64,000 bases of DNA from Guillardia theta CCMP2712 (Eukaryota; Protista; Cryptophyta), in NCBI RefSeq assembly GCF_000315625.1, contig NW_005434614.1, forward strand, positions 96,412 to 160,411. Direction: 5' to 3'. A program made the translations under genes and the position numbers. The stretch's first letter is position 1. Each line of letters starts with the position of its first letter. The notes under the pieces were generated by a model that worked only from the letters and a program-made list of their open reading frames with translations, was not told the origin of the DNA and did no database searches. Positions 49,050 to 61,857 of the stretch are shown here, one piece after another.

Positions 49050-52000
49050 ATGAACAGGTTGCAACTTGACGACCGGTCGCACGCGAAGAGCGGCTACCAG
49101 TCCGCTCGACCCAACCATGTACAGACGGATCTTGTCCCCAGCCCCTCGCATCGGTCTGCTCCCCGTCGACTCTCGTCGGATAAGATCTTCCAGGAAATCC
49201 TCAAGCCGCAAGACAACGACAGCCCTAAGGGCGAGAATGCTGCCAAGACTGAGAACAAGCGGTTCTGGCCACAGAGCATCTACACCTTCGATGTGACGAA
49301 GTTCCTTCGATTCCTGCGGAAGGTGAAGAGAAGAATAGAAGTGGATGTCGACAAGGCACAGCTGTCTGTGTACGACCCTGAGACCGACGTGTTGAAAAAG
49401 AGAATTGTGATCTCTGAGATCTGGGGAATGACTTCAGGAGACAAGAACAGCCCGAACAAGCTGATCATCCGACTTAGCAACGAGCATAGCGACATAGAGT
49501 GCGAGTTCATCTCCACTGAGCAGAAGATGCTCTTCATTACTTTGATCCGTGACCTGAACCTTCCGTCGAAGAGAAAGTCGTCAGACGCCAAGGAGACAAG
49601 CACCCTCGGTATCTGGCCTGACGCCTCGACGCGGCAGAGCTTCTTGAGCCTCGGGCTGCTTCGAAAGGTTGACCCGCAGGTCATCCAGCAGATCGAATCG
49701 CTCTTGAAGCCGCGGGTCTTTGCTAAGGGACATACGATCGCGAGGCATGGAGCTGCCTGTACGCACCTTTACTTCCTCATGAGCGGGAGCGTCTCGTGCT
49801 ATGGCCCCGACGGTCGTAGAATGGCCGACAAGGGTAGGGGAGAGTTCCTCGGGTCCGCGGAGCTCATGGCGAATGCCGCTGCTCGGTTTCAAGAGATGCA
49901 GGGCAAGGTGAGAGCGTGACAGTGTAGGAGAGGGAGCGAGCAAGGAGTTGCAGGCGAGGAGATGAGCAGCATGACGATCGCGTTGCACGAGGCAGGAGGG
50001 AGAAAGAGAGGAAGGGGGGTGAGGGAGGGAGGGAAGAAGCTCACGGGAGGATGGCAGGTGATGCTCTCAACAGCGTTCAGCTCGACCGTTGTTTGCAACT
50101 CAGACTGTGAGGCGATGGAGCTGCGACTGGAAGCCCTGCTGCCCGTCCTGTGTTCTTGCGACCCCCTCTACGAGAACTTGTACGCGATCGCCACTGCTAG
50201 AGCATCGGTAGCTGCGCCTTATTTCATCCCCGAGTTGCTCTCTTTGGCTTGACTGGCGAGCAGGTCCGAGGGATCAAATTCTCCCAATTGAAGGAGGCAG
50301 CGGAGGATCTGGAGCAGGAGACGCTCACTTTCGACCAGCTCACGCAGAAGCAGAAGATGAGGTTGCGAGCTGCAGGTCTGTTGCCAAACACTTGTGCTCC
50401 TTCCTCGCGAGCTCTTCCCCTCTAAGAACTCCTCCTCCTCTTCCCTCTTTTGTCCTTCTCCTCCAATACCTCCGGTGTTGTCCTCAATCAGTATGTGACA
50501 GCCTTGTAGGCATGACGGAAGAAGACGTCATGGAGAACCCAGAGCTCGTCCTGCAGATCCTGAGAACCAACGAAGGTCTGGACACTGAGGCCCTCAGGTA
50601 CCTGTGCAACTGCAAGGTAGGAGCTGACGCGTTTGCAGGACCTTCCAGCTCTTCAGGATGGTGGACAAGCCAACCTTGACAAGAATCGCCAACCAGCTGA
50701 GGCCCAGGTGGGGAGGAGGAAGAGGAGGGAGGAGGGAGGGAGGAGGAGGAGGAGGAGGGATGAGGAGTTGGGTGGGGTGGGGAGAGGTGGAGATGGCCCT
50801 GAAGGTATCGTGCAGGCGGTTCAATGCTGGAGAGTACGTGCTGAGAGCGGGAGACCCTGGAGACTCTATGTTCTTCATCAACTCGGGCAGAGTTGCTGCC
50901 GTGGTCAACGGTCACGAACTGGAACCAATGAGGATGGGTCAATTTTTCGGGGAGATCGCACTTGTCTCCCACTGTGCGCAATATATGGGACAGTCAGGGT
51001 AAGTGAAGAGAAGGGAAGTAGAGGAGGAGGGAGGAGGAAAGGGGAGGGGGGAAGGGAAGAAGGGAGGAGGGACGTTGGGAAAAGACCCTCAGGGAGGGGA
51101 GAAGAAGTAAGATGAGGTGGAAAAGAGTTGAACTGACTTTTAATTCTTTGCAGTTTTGTGATCGCAAAGCGAACAGCAGATGTTGTCTGCAAGGAGAGCT
51201 GCGATCTCCTCGAGCTCCATAAGGATGTCGTCATCGCCATCCTCGACTCCGCGCCCAAGCTCAAGTCCACCTTCTTCCAGGTCTTCGCGCAGCCGCGGGA
51301 GGCAGCCGGCTGACGTCCCACACAGGCGCTGAAGGAGATGGCTGAAAAACGCTTGTCTCGAGACGAGCAATCAGGTGGACTTGTCCAGTGGCCGCCCCCT
51401 CTCTGACTCTCCTTCCTCAGGCGACGTCAGGAAGTCCACCAGGATGATCAACTACTCGTTCAATACAAACTCCACCTCATGCCAGAGCTCGCCTGCTCAG
51501 ACGCCGCTCTCTAACGCCATGTTCAGTCCTCTTGGAGGAAGGAGGGTGCCTCCTATGTCGGACTCTGACATTGGTTCCCCGCGCACGCAAGCCATGTTCT
51601 CTCCTCGTGCTCTGGACTCGCCCAATTCGCCCGCTCGGTCGGGAGATCTCCGATATGCAGAATTCAACTCGCAGAAGAAGGCGCCGCCTCCCATCAACGG
51701 AGCAGACGGTCCCTTGCGCTTCCAACCTCTTGCTCTCCCTCAACCCTTTGCAGGAAACTTGACGCTGCAGAAGCTGCCGACGCAGAAGCAGTTCACTGCT
51801 GTGGCCTCTTCCAAGTGAATTGCAACAATGGGGAAGACGAGGACTGACGTCTCGTGCTCTAGGGCGAAGATCAAGAACGGCGTCGACCCCCGTAAGCATT
51901 GGGACACCCTGCAAAAGCTGGCCAAGGGGTCGAGCGGAGCTGTTTATCTGGGACAGCCAAAGGAGAAGGCGCTGAGAGATGTAAGGGTTCTTCGCCATCT

Positions 52001-53630
52001 TCTTTCACCCTCCTCCTCCTTCTCCCTCCCCTTCCCCTTCCACTCTCCTCTCCCTCTCCTCTCCCTCTCTCTCTTCCTTCTCCTTCTCATCGTTTGCTCA
52101 GCGATGGCCGCGAGTGGCGATCAAGAAGTTCGCCATGAACGAGGAGACGGAGCTGGAGGAGCTCGAGAACGAGATTCAGATCATGAGCGTCAGCAGCCAC
52201 CCCAACCTCGTCGAGTACATCGATGCCTACAACTGGTCTGGACGTCTGGGAGGAACCAAAGTCTGGGTCGTCATGGAGGCGATGCAGTATGGGGCCATGA
52301 ACGAGATCCTGGAGAAGTGAGTCGAGGAGGACGATGGGCAGGAGTTGGAGGGGAGGCTGACGTCAACGGCAGGGGATGGAAGTCTTGGTACGGCGGGGAG
52401 GGGAAGAGCGCACAGCACGAGTCTCTCATCGCGTACATGATGAGGGAGACGTTCCAAGGGCTGGCATACCTCCACTCCTTCAGCCGCATCCATCGCGACA
52501 TCAAGAGCGACAACATCCTCGTCGGGGCCGGCGGGACTGTCAAGATCGCAGACTTTGGGTTCTGCGTGCAGCTCACCAAAGAGAACCAGTCGCGCTCCTC
52601 CGTGCTCGGGACTCCTTACTGGGTGAGGAGGCGAGGAAGGGGGAAAGCAGTAGAAGGGTGGGGGAGAGAGGAGGAAAGGAGGGAGAAGACAGAGAGGGGA
52701 ATGGAATGTGACGAAATGGAGAGAGCAGGGAGAGGGAGAGAGGAGAGGAGGAGGTGGACAGAGAGGAGGGACAGGGACGAGGACTGTTGACGCTGATGCT
52801 CGCAGATGGCGCCTGAGGTCATCCGAGAGAAGCCTTACACCACCAAGGTGCTCAACGATCATCCAGACGTTCATCCTTTCCCTCCTACTCTTCCTGTAAG
52901 TTGTTCATCCCCGTGTGACGAAGCGGCAGGTGGACGTCTGGTCGACGGGCGTCGTTTTGCGAGAATGCGCACAGAAGAATCCGTGAGAACGATGGGAGGG
53001 AAGGGGGGAGTGAGGAAGTGGAAGAAGCGGAGGGAGGGGAGAGAGAGAAAGAGAAGAGGAGAGAGGAGGGGGAGAGAGGTAATGATGTGCATGTCAGACC
53101 ATACTTCACGGAGACGGTCTTCCGCGCCATGTACCTCATCTCGACCAAGGTGCTCCTCCTCTTACTGCCGCGTCCCTTCGCTACCCCCGTTCGCTCATTC
53201 TCTTCTCCTCTCACTGACTGTGCTAAGGGCATTCCGGGGCTCGACAACCCTGGGCGTTGGAGCAAGGATCTGATAAGGTGATAAAATACAATGGAGGCGA
53301 TGGAGCTGACGAGAGTGTATTCAGCTTCGACAAGGCTTGTCTGCAAGTACAAACTTCGCTTCTCCTCCCTTGTCTTGTGTAACTTCTCTCCAGGTGGACG
53401 TCAAACATCGCATGTCCAGCGCCGAAGCGCTCGATCATCCGTAAAATTCCCTACCTCATCTCCATTCACCTCTTCCTCATCACATCCTCATCTCAGGTTC
53501 CTTTCCAAGGCGTGCGATGCTGCATTCTTCGAGCAGGTCAACCGTGAGAGCGAGTCAAGTCAAGCTGATGGCTTGGCAGATGATCATCAAGTGCTCCAAG
53601 GGGGAGAAGAACAAGAAGACAACGCTGTGA
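49050..53630 (+). CDS. PAK/STE20-like Ser/Thr kinase with an N-terminal PH-like domain and two cyclic-nucleotide-binding domains; multi-exon; upstream exons possible
   Basis: Kinase: LAKGSSGAVY, VAIKK, ENEI, HRDIKSDNIL, KIADFGFCVQLT..RSSVLGTPYWMAPEVI. CNB1: FAKGHTIARHG..LYFLMSGSV..GEFLG. CNB2: FNAGEYVLRAGDPGDSMFFINSGRV..GQFFGEIAL..RTADV. Confidence 0.9.
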
Positions 53631-53658
53631 ACGAGAGGGAAATGGCAGTTAAAGACCC

Positions 53659-54145
53659 TTAAACCTCCCCCTCCTCGTCCTCCTCCATATCCTCTGGCTT
53701 CTCAGCAGTGCTCTGCTCGACGAGAAACTGCCGCAACGTCTTGTTCTCAGCAGGACAGAGGTCAGCTGCTGTCTGTCCGGCTTGGTTCTTCCTTTTGGCA
53801 TCAGCTCCATGGCTGCATCGCACACGCGTCACTGGTAGCAAGCGACAACAACAGCCCGCACCTGACAAGCATCTTGCACGCAGGCTCCCGCGAGTTCAGT
53901 GCAGCGAGATGCAGGGCAGTGTTCCCTAACTTCGTCTGAGCGTTCTTATCGCAATCCTTCTGAGCGAGGATGTACTGCATGACCTCCACGTGACCATTGG
54001 CCGCGCACATGTGGAGAGGAGTGTGTCCTTGCGAGCTCTGGGCGTTGATATCAACGGGGTCGAGCCACTTGATCTGTTCTATGCATCTCTTGAGGCGCTT
54101 GGCATCTCCATCTCTAGCTGCTGTATGCAGAGGAGTCCAGCCCAT
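53659..54145 (-). CDS. Small ankyrin-repeat protein, one intron
   Basis: MGWTPLHTAA, GHTPLHMCAANGH, GNTALHLAA, GQTAADL. Confidence 0.88.
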
Positions 54146-55135
54146 GACTTGAAGACTCGAGGGTTCACAGTGCGGGTTCAGACACGATGTTGCATTCTTG
54201 TAGCACAGATGCCTCTGCCAGACAACCAATCAGACGATCAGCGGGAAAATGCAAGGGTATGGTGAGAGAATAGTGACTAGCAAGGACTGCAGCATCCATA
54301 CAACAAGAGGTTGTATGGGGCGCAGAACAAAACTGAGAGGATAGCCAAACAGGTTTGAGAATGAAAAAGTCGCCATGGAGAGAACATGAGGAGAAGGATG
54401 GCATCAGAAGCTGCATTGTCTGACTTAGCAGGTGCAGGAGAAGGAGATTCATAAGATGGAAGAAAATGCGAGGGAAAAATTCTTGGGAGGGGGAGGACGA
54501 GGATGAGAGCAAGAACGAGAGGAAGGGAGAACAGGAGGGGTGGAGAAGAGCAGGAGAGAAGGATTAGGATCAGGATCAGGATCAAGATATGGTCAGATGG
54601 AGGGGAGGGAGGGAGGACAGCAGGGAAGCTCAGGAGAGAGGTCAGGAGAGAGGGAGGTCAGAACAAGGACTAGAACCAGGCCACACCCAGAAGGACAAGG
54701 AGAGGTAGAAGACGAGAAAGAGGAGGAAGAGGATGATGTATCAGAGTATATGAAGAGGAAGGAATGAGTGTTGTGCTCGTTGTTGCTGCTCCTCTTCAGT
54801 TCAGAGCATGCGCTCTTCCCGCCATGCAAGAAATCAAAAACAAGGAACAGGTTCTGGGGGAATAGACCCTGAGTTATGGGGGTGGGGGTGGGGTGGGGTG
54901 GGGTAATCTTAAGTAGCTAGGGGGGTGATTAACACTCTGGTAAGGGGTCCAGGTTGAAAAGTGAGGGGTTAAATACCCCATTGATGGGGCTTCTCTTAGG
55001 GGGTAGGGGAGTAATGGGGGTGGGTAGTGGGTCAGACGGTTGCCTTGACTGGCACAACAGCAGCAGACGGTTGTACATTGAACGGTTACCGTTACACAAT
55101 TAGGAATCAAACGGTTACAGATATTAACGGTCGAA

Positions 55136-55884
55136 CTAGTCTCTGACAAGCTCGCGAACCGCCATGATTGCCTGCAGGAGAATGAGGAGGAGGAGGAGGA
55201 GGAGCAGGAGCAGGAGGAGGAGGAAGAGCAGGAGAAGGAAGAGGAGGAGGAGAAGGAGGGGCAGGAGCACAGGCAGGAGCAGAGGCAGGGGCAGGGGCAG
55301 GAGGAGAAGGAGCAGCAGGAGCAGCAGGGGCAGGGGCAGGAGTAGATGAGGATGCTGTGATATTGGAGGATGGGGGCGAGGGGAGAGAGGGAGAGTGTGG
55401 ACGTCCATCACCTGTGTGGCGCGCTGGGTTGAGACATGATCCTCACCAAGGCGCTTGACGAAGACGTCGAAAGCTGTTGACATCAGTCAGCTCATGGACA
55501 CGAGAGGAAGCGAGGAGAAGGAGAGGAAGCGAGGAGAAGGAGAGGAAGCGAGGAGAAGGAGAGGAAGCGAGGAGAAGGAGAGGAAGCGAGGAGAAGGAGA
55601 GGAAGCGAGGAGAAGGAGAGGAAGCGAGGAGAAGGAGAGGAAGCGAGGAGAAGGAGAGGAAGCGAGGAGAAGGAGAGGAAGCACAGGAGAAAGAGCCATA
55701 CCATGATTGAGATGCTTTACCATAGCCTCGAAGTCCTTGCCTTCATGAACAATCCTGAAGGACATGTATGTGAACACCCAGCAGAAACAGGAGACAAGGG
55801 GGGAGATTCAGCGGTGGTGCTGGAAGTCGAGGACGACGAGGGAGAGGGAGAGGGAGGAGGAGAGGAGAGAGGGAGAGGGCGAGA

Positions 55885-55925
<41 letters not shown>

Positions 55926-55936
55926 GAGAAAGAGGT

Positions 55937-55999
<63 letters not shown>

Positions 56000-58900
56000 C
56001 GAGGAGGACGAGAAAGACCTCTTCTTGGTAGCAGCGGAGAAAAACTTGAACGGCCAGGAGTTGTGCCATCCGAGCTTCCTGCAGCTGCCGGTCAGAGCCG
56101 ACCAGACGAGGAGAGGGAGATGACGAGATGAAGAGGACGAGATGCAGATGACGAGATGAAGATGACAAGATGAAGATGACGAGATGAAGATGACGAGATG
56201 CAGATGACGAGATGAAGATGACGAGATGGGTGGTTGTCAACGAGGTGGCGAGAGGAGGATGGGAAAGAGTAGGAGAGGAAGCAGCAGGACCTCTTGGATG
56301 CGTCGACTTCGCCCTTGGTTTGATAACAGAGAGCGATGTTCCAGTGTACATGTGCGACCTGTCAAGTACGTCAAATATGGCCCTCGAAATGTACATTCTC
56401 CTCTCCTTCTATTCCTCTCACTTCCCCTTCCCTTATCTCCCTTGCACTTCACAACCTTACTCCTCCTCACCACCACCACCTCCTCCTCCTCATCTTCCTC
56501 CTCCCCATCCCCATCCCCATCCTCATCCTCCCACCTCCGGGTGGTCCGGTCCGAATATCTTCGAGACAGTGCTCAATGCCTCGTTGTACCACTTGAGCGC
56601 CTCGTCCACCTGAAGTCCCGTCAGCTCCTTTTCCTCACCCATCCAACTTCTGCCTTGTCATCTCCTCCCCATCTGCTGTGCCTCCCTCCTCGACTATCAC
56701 TTCCCCTCTCCCCATTCCAATCTTCTCTTCTCTCGTGCTCCTCCCTTCTCCACCGTTTCTCCTTCATCTGCCCTCCCTCTCTTGCACTGCACCTTATAAA
56801 GTCCCTTGAAAGCATTGCCGATGTTGTTCTTCGTCCACCCGACCGAGGGGTCATCTTCCCCGAGAATCTTCATCTGTAGCACAAGTCACACGGGGTGGGA
56901 GAAGATCGGACAGAGACTGAGCGAGGACGAGGAAGGGGAGAGGGGAGAGGAGGGGAGAGGCGAGGACAAGGAAGGGGAGAGGAGGGGAGAGGAGGGGAGA
57001 GGGAGGAAGCAGAAGGGACAACGTGACATTCCTTGTGTTCGAGCGCGTACTTGTACTTGCGGAGAGCCTGATGGAAATTAGTCACGATTCCCCGACCTCC
57101 TCCCACATCTCCCCTTTCGTTCTCTCCTCCTCCCTTCTCCTCCCCTCTCCCTCCCTCCTCTCCCCTCCTCCCTCCCTGTTCCATCTCCTCTCCCTCCTCC
57201 CTCCTCCCTCGCCCCTCCCTGTTTCTTCTCCTCCCCGTTTGACTTGCCTCCATGTATTCGCCGCGAATGTTATGCACGTTGCCCATGGCATGGACGACCT
57301 TTGTGCACGCTATCAGCCACGGCCTCTCCTCTCTTTTCCTCTCACATTGGCTACGTCGAGGTCTGGCTCGTTGCCTTCCACCCTTTCTTGGAACATCTCG
57401 AGGGCCTGTACGACGGTGAGGGGGAGCACCGGGGAAGGCGAGGGGAGCAAGAGGGAAGGCGAGAGAGGAGGTAAGGCGAGCAGGAGGATCCTGGACCTTC
57501 TCATAGAAGTCGTAGGCTTGGTTCGAGTACTCTTCGATCTGTCGCAACCATTCTTTCTGCAAAGGGAATGAGGAGCAACGAGAGCCAAGGAGCAGGAGGA
57601 AGGAGGGGGGAGGGCAGGAGCAGCGAGAGCTGCTAGCGGCGAAGCGAAGACGACGAGGGTCCTTTACTCACCTTCGGTCCAACTCGCTGGACGTTCTCAG
57701 CTTCGAGCTCATAGGCTTGACCCACGTGCATAAGCTAAGAAGTAGTCAGAGCCTCTACCCCAGGAAAGATCCAGCTGCTGGCCTACCGTGAGCGCGAGGT
57801 CCGGGTGAACCCCTTGACCTGCTCAAGCTTGAGGGCTAAAGAAGAACAGGAGGCAAGTGGCTGTGCGACAAGGAAAGAGGGAGGGGAACAAGAACGAGTG
57901 AAGGGGAAGAGGCGGGAGCCAAGAAGTCAGGAGAAAAGAGGAGCAGGAAGGTGCCGGGAGGGAGGACCTGAATTCTCATAGATGTAGGCAGCCTTCTCGA
58001 AGGTTTCCAGCGCCTCCTCAGCTGCTCCCACGCGCAGGAGAGCGACGCCCATGAGGTCAACCGTGTGAGCGACTATGGGATGAAGGTCGCCCAGGTGCTT
58101 CAGTTGGATCGCCAGGCACTGCAGGAGCAGCGTCAGTCTCCTGCTTGTCTGCTCCATCTCTGCCCCTCCTCTCCCTCCTCCTCTCCCTTCAGTCTTTCTT
58201 GCATGTTTGATGCCTCTTCCTCCCTTAATTCCTTCCCTATTCTCTCTCTCGCAAGCATCGTCGTCCCCTTTCCCCGCCTCACTTCCTACAAACCTTGTCA
58301 TAGGTAACGAGCGCGTTCTTGTAGTGTCCCTTTGACATCAGGAGCGTGCCCTGCAACACAAACGTGAATCCTCCTCCTCCACTCCCCTCGTCCTCTCGTT
58401 CCTCCACGTCCTTCCCCCCCACCATTTCCACCCCTTCCTTCCTCCACCACCACCGGTCCTTGCGGATCTTTCCTCCCCGCACCTTCTCTGCAAGCGTGGT
58501 TGCATCATCCATGGAGCCTACGGGTTGTCAATGTTGCTGTAACTTCCACCTCATCATTCCTCTCTAGTCCCTCCCTCCTGTCGGTCTCTCGCTTCCCCTC
58601 GTCTTACCAGCAACAGCTGCCGCGTTTTGCGCCTGGTGCTTCTGCTGCGCCTGTTGGAACTGCTGTTCGTGGATGCTGAAGAGTCGTCAGTGCAATTGAC
58701 ATCTCTTCCTCCTCCTCACTTCTTCGCTCGCTGCTGTTGGGCCTTTCAAGCCACTAGTCAGTTTACTCCATACAAGCCGCCACTTTTCACCTGCTGCTGC
58801 GCGTATGCTTGTTGCTGCGCGTATGCCTGCTGCTGCGCGTATGCCTGCTGCATGCATCAGTTCAAACAAGACGCAGCGCAAGCTCTACCTGCTGCATGAG

Positions 58901-59809
58901 CATCTCTTCCTCCTCTGCCTCGAGCATCGCTTGGCGCATAGCTTCTTGCCGAACAGCTTCTTGCCGCATGGCCTCTTGTCTCATGGCCTCCTGCCGCATG
59001 GCCTCCTGTCTCATGGCCTCCTGTCTCATGGCCTCCTGCCGCATGGCCTCCTGCCGCATGGCCTCCTGTCTCATCATTTCCTGCCGCATCTCCTCTTGCT
59101 GTGATCTCCTCATCGCTTCCTGAAGATGACATGCATCACACAGGGTACTTTCTCTCTTCCCCCTTCGTACCTGACGAGCTAGCTCAGCCTCCTCTTGCTT
59201 TCTTCGAATCATTTCCTCTTGCATGCGCTGCTGCTGGGCCTTCATCCTCCCGTCAGAATCCTCACTCGTCCTCCCCTCCTCTCCCTCGACCTGCTGTTGC
59301 ATCATGTAGTACTCCACCGCACGATCTGTGATGTCGTCGTCTTCGTAGTATCCGCCGCGACCGCCATATTGCGCGTAAGTCTGTCAAGTTCGAGTCAAGT
59401 CAGAGTTGAAACTTGGTGGCAGTTGCAGCATGAAGCAGGGACTGATTACGTTTGAGGCGATTTGAACCCAGTCTAGGGGATGATGAAGTACAAACGCATC
59501 ATGCCATGTGAGGAAACTAGGTTGCAACAACGACAGGGAATGTAGATGAGGGGAGAACAGGAGGATGGGTGGGGGGCGGGAGTGAGAAGGAGGGGGACGG
59601 GGGGGGAATGGGGGTAACCAGGTCACGAGAGATGAAGGATGGCGGGCAAGGGGGCCAGAAGGATGAGACAGGAGGGAGGAGGGAGGGAGGAGCAGGGGAG
59701 GAGGAAGGTAGGGCGGAGGAAGTCGAGGAGGGCGGTTGTTCACCTCCCCCGCCAGCATCGCCAGCATGATCGCCAGCAGCGCCACCGCGGTGGCCGCACG
59801 GCCGCCCAT
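55136..59809 (-). CDS. TPR-repeat protein (kinesin-light-chain/nephrocystin-type repeats) with signal peptide and Q/E/M-rich linker; multi-exon
   Basis: MGGRAATAVALLAIMLAMLAG; LAIQLKHLGDLHPIVAHTVDLMG; LQMKILGEDDPSVGWTKNNIGN; VFVKRLGEDHVST. Confidence 0.75.
55502..55682. repeat. 19-bp minisatellite (GAGAGGAAGCGAGGAGAAG), about 9.5 copies, intronic
   Basis: Direct observation. Confidence 0.95.
58935..59100 (-). repeat. 15-bp coding tandem repeat encoding (RQEAM)n
   Basis: About 10 copies in the TPR gene reading frame, with synonymous variation between copies. Confidence 0.9.
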
Positions 59810-60024
59810 TGTCCTCGAGACCCCCTAGTGATGTACCAATTATATATAAATCCATATAAATTTCATAATTATACGATGAGACCCGGTGCCGGCTCCGGGC
59901 TCCGGGCCCGTCGGGCCGTCTCAGTGATTGGGCAATAAATATTTTAAAGGGTCTCAATAAATATTTTAAAAGGCACGTGCGGTGATGCGCTAGACTGACG
60001 GGACAAAACAGAAGACGGAGTACC

Positions 60025-60171
60025 AGAGAACAAGAGAACAAGAAAACAAGAAAACAAGAGGACAAGAGGACAAGAGGACAAGAGGACAAGAGGACAAGAG
60101 GACAAGAGGACAAGAGGACAAGAGGACAAGAGGACAAGAGGACAAGAGGACAAGAGGACAAGAGGACAAGA
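60025..60171. repeat. 8-bp microsatellite (GACAAGAG)n just upstream of the LTV1 start
   Basis: About 18 copies, diverged at the 5' end. Confidence 0.95.
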
Positions 60172-60218
60172 GCAAGGTACAACTGGGGTAGAAAGTCGTT
60201 ACTCAACGAGAGTCGAGG

Positions 60219-61857
60219 ATGGGTAAACACAGCAAACCCTTCATCGACAGGAAGAATGCAACGGTCTATCGTCTTGTGCATCCTGATGAACAGAAAGAAG
60301 GCGACAACGCTGGTGTTGGGAAACTGGCGAAGGTCTATGGAGATAAGAACTATTTCTCTGACGACGATGAAGAGGAATATCCCTATCGATCAGATTCTGG
60401 AGACGAGGAGGAAGATTTAGAGCAAGAAGAATGGGAAGAGGAAGATGAAGGCGAAGAGGGAGTGATAGATGATCATGACGACCAGTTCGATGATGCAGAG
60501 GGTGCAGACCCTCCTGAAATTCAGCCGGGAATATGGAAACGGACGGACGAAGATGCCAAGTCAGAGTACACCTCATGGTCAAAAAGAACAGCCTCGTCTT
60601 ACCTTGCTCCCGAACGTCGTAAACAACTCTGGAAGGACATCGAGGAGTTTGGCTTGCCCGATGATGGTTATGACTACACGCAGCATCTCCGCAACCCAGG
60701 ACATGGAGTTCGACTGGATGCTCAATTTCCAACGGAGCTCAAGATGCAGCTGGAGAAGAAGACAGCTCGCATGCTCCAAGATGCGCCGAAGCCAGCGAGA
60801 GATGTCCTTGCAACCTTGGACTCTCAAGATACTGACGACGAGGAAGCTCCAGCTCTGGAGGAGGACAAAACAATGAACTGGGTGGACGAAGGGAAGAAAC
60901 TGATAGAGGAAGGAAAAGTCGTTGAGCAAGGAGATTTAGATGATGACTTCATCCACATGTTAAATGACGGCGAGGACGGCGAAGGTGATGATGAGCCTGA
61001 TCCTCTTCTGTCTCAGCCACGAGACCTCCGTCTCCTTGACGAGAGGTTCGAAGTGTTCTTGCAGCAATATGACGACGACAACATTGGAGAGCTGACCGAA
61101 GAAGTTTGTCAGCCTCCAAATGCGGCAGTACAAGACGAGGAGTACTACTACAACCTTCTGCAATCCTACATCCATGGAACAGCAGCTCCTACGGGGAACA
61201 TATCTTCAAACCTGAACATTGGATCCGAAGGACAGATCCTTCAGGAAGGCTTCGAAGAAATGGAAGAAGAGGACGAGGAACTGAGGGAGAAAACTCGTGC
61301 TTTGGCTCTGGAAGCAGGGGAGGAAAGTGAGGAGAGTCTGGAGGAAGTGGAGGTAGAGAAGAAGCAGGAATGGGACTGCGAATCCATACTCTCAACCTAC
61401 TCGAACATCTACAACCGTCCAAAGGTGATCGAAGATTCCAAGAGAGCTACCAAGATTCTGCTCGACCGCAAGGGCCTGCCTGTGCTCATGAAAGGTGACG
61501 AGAAAGCCAAGTCACACGTTACCAAGGAGGCGGTCGAGGCTCATGAAGAGGAGGATGGCGAGACCGACTCAGATGACGAAGCAAGCATCTGCACGTCGAC
61601 AGCAGCAGACCTTGGTCCTCGTCGACGTGGGGAAACAGCTGAGGAAAAGAAGATGAGAAAAGAAGTAGCGAAACAGGTTCTGTCCACTTGCAGCTAGCCG
61701 TCTCACACTGACATGACTGCAGCTGAAGGCGCAAGCTCGAGAGAAGAAGAAGCTCAGGAATGCTGCAGCTAAGGCGGAGAAGAGCAGCAGCGTTGCCAAG
61801 CCCTCAACTGCAGACCCTCGAGTTCGACAAGGTCTGAGCATCACGCGGTACTCGTAG
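60219..61857 (+). CDS. LTV1: 40S ribosome biogenesis factor LTV1, one 3' intron
   Basis: KPFIDRKNATVYRLVH, DDGYDYTQHLR, LLDERFE..YDDDNIGEL, WDCESILSTYSNIYNRPKVI, RGETAEEKKMRK. Confidence 0.95.

Noticed and set aside
55502-60171. Tandem arrays as possible CRISPR arrays
   Set aside because: Units are head-to-tail with no unique spacers, there are no cas genes, and the DNA is eukaryotic.
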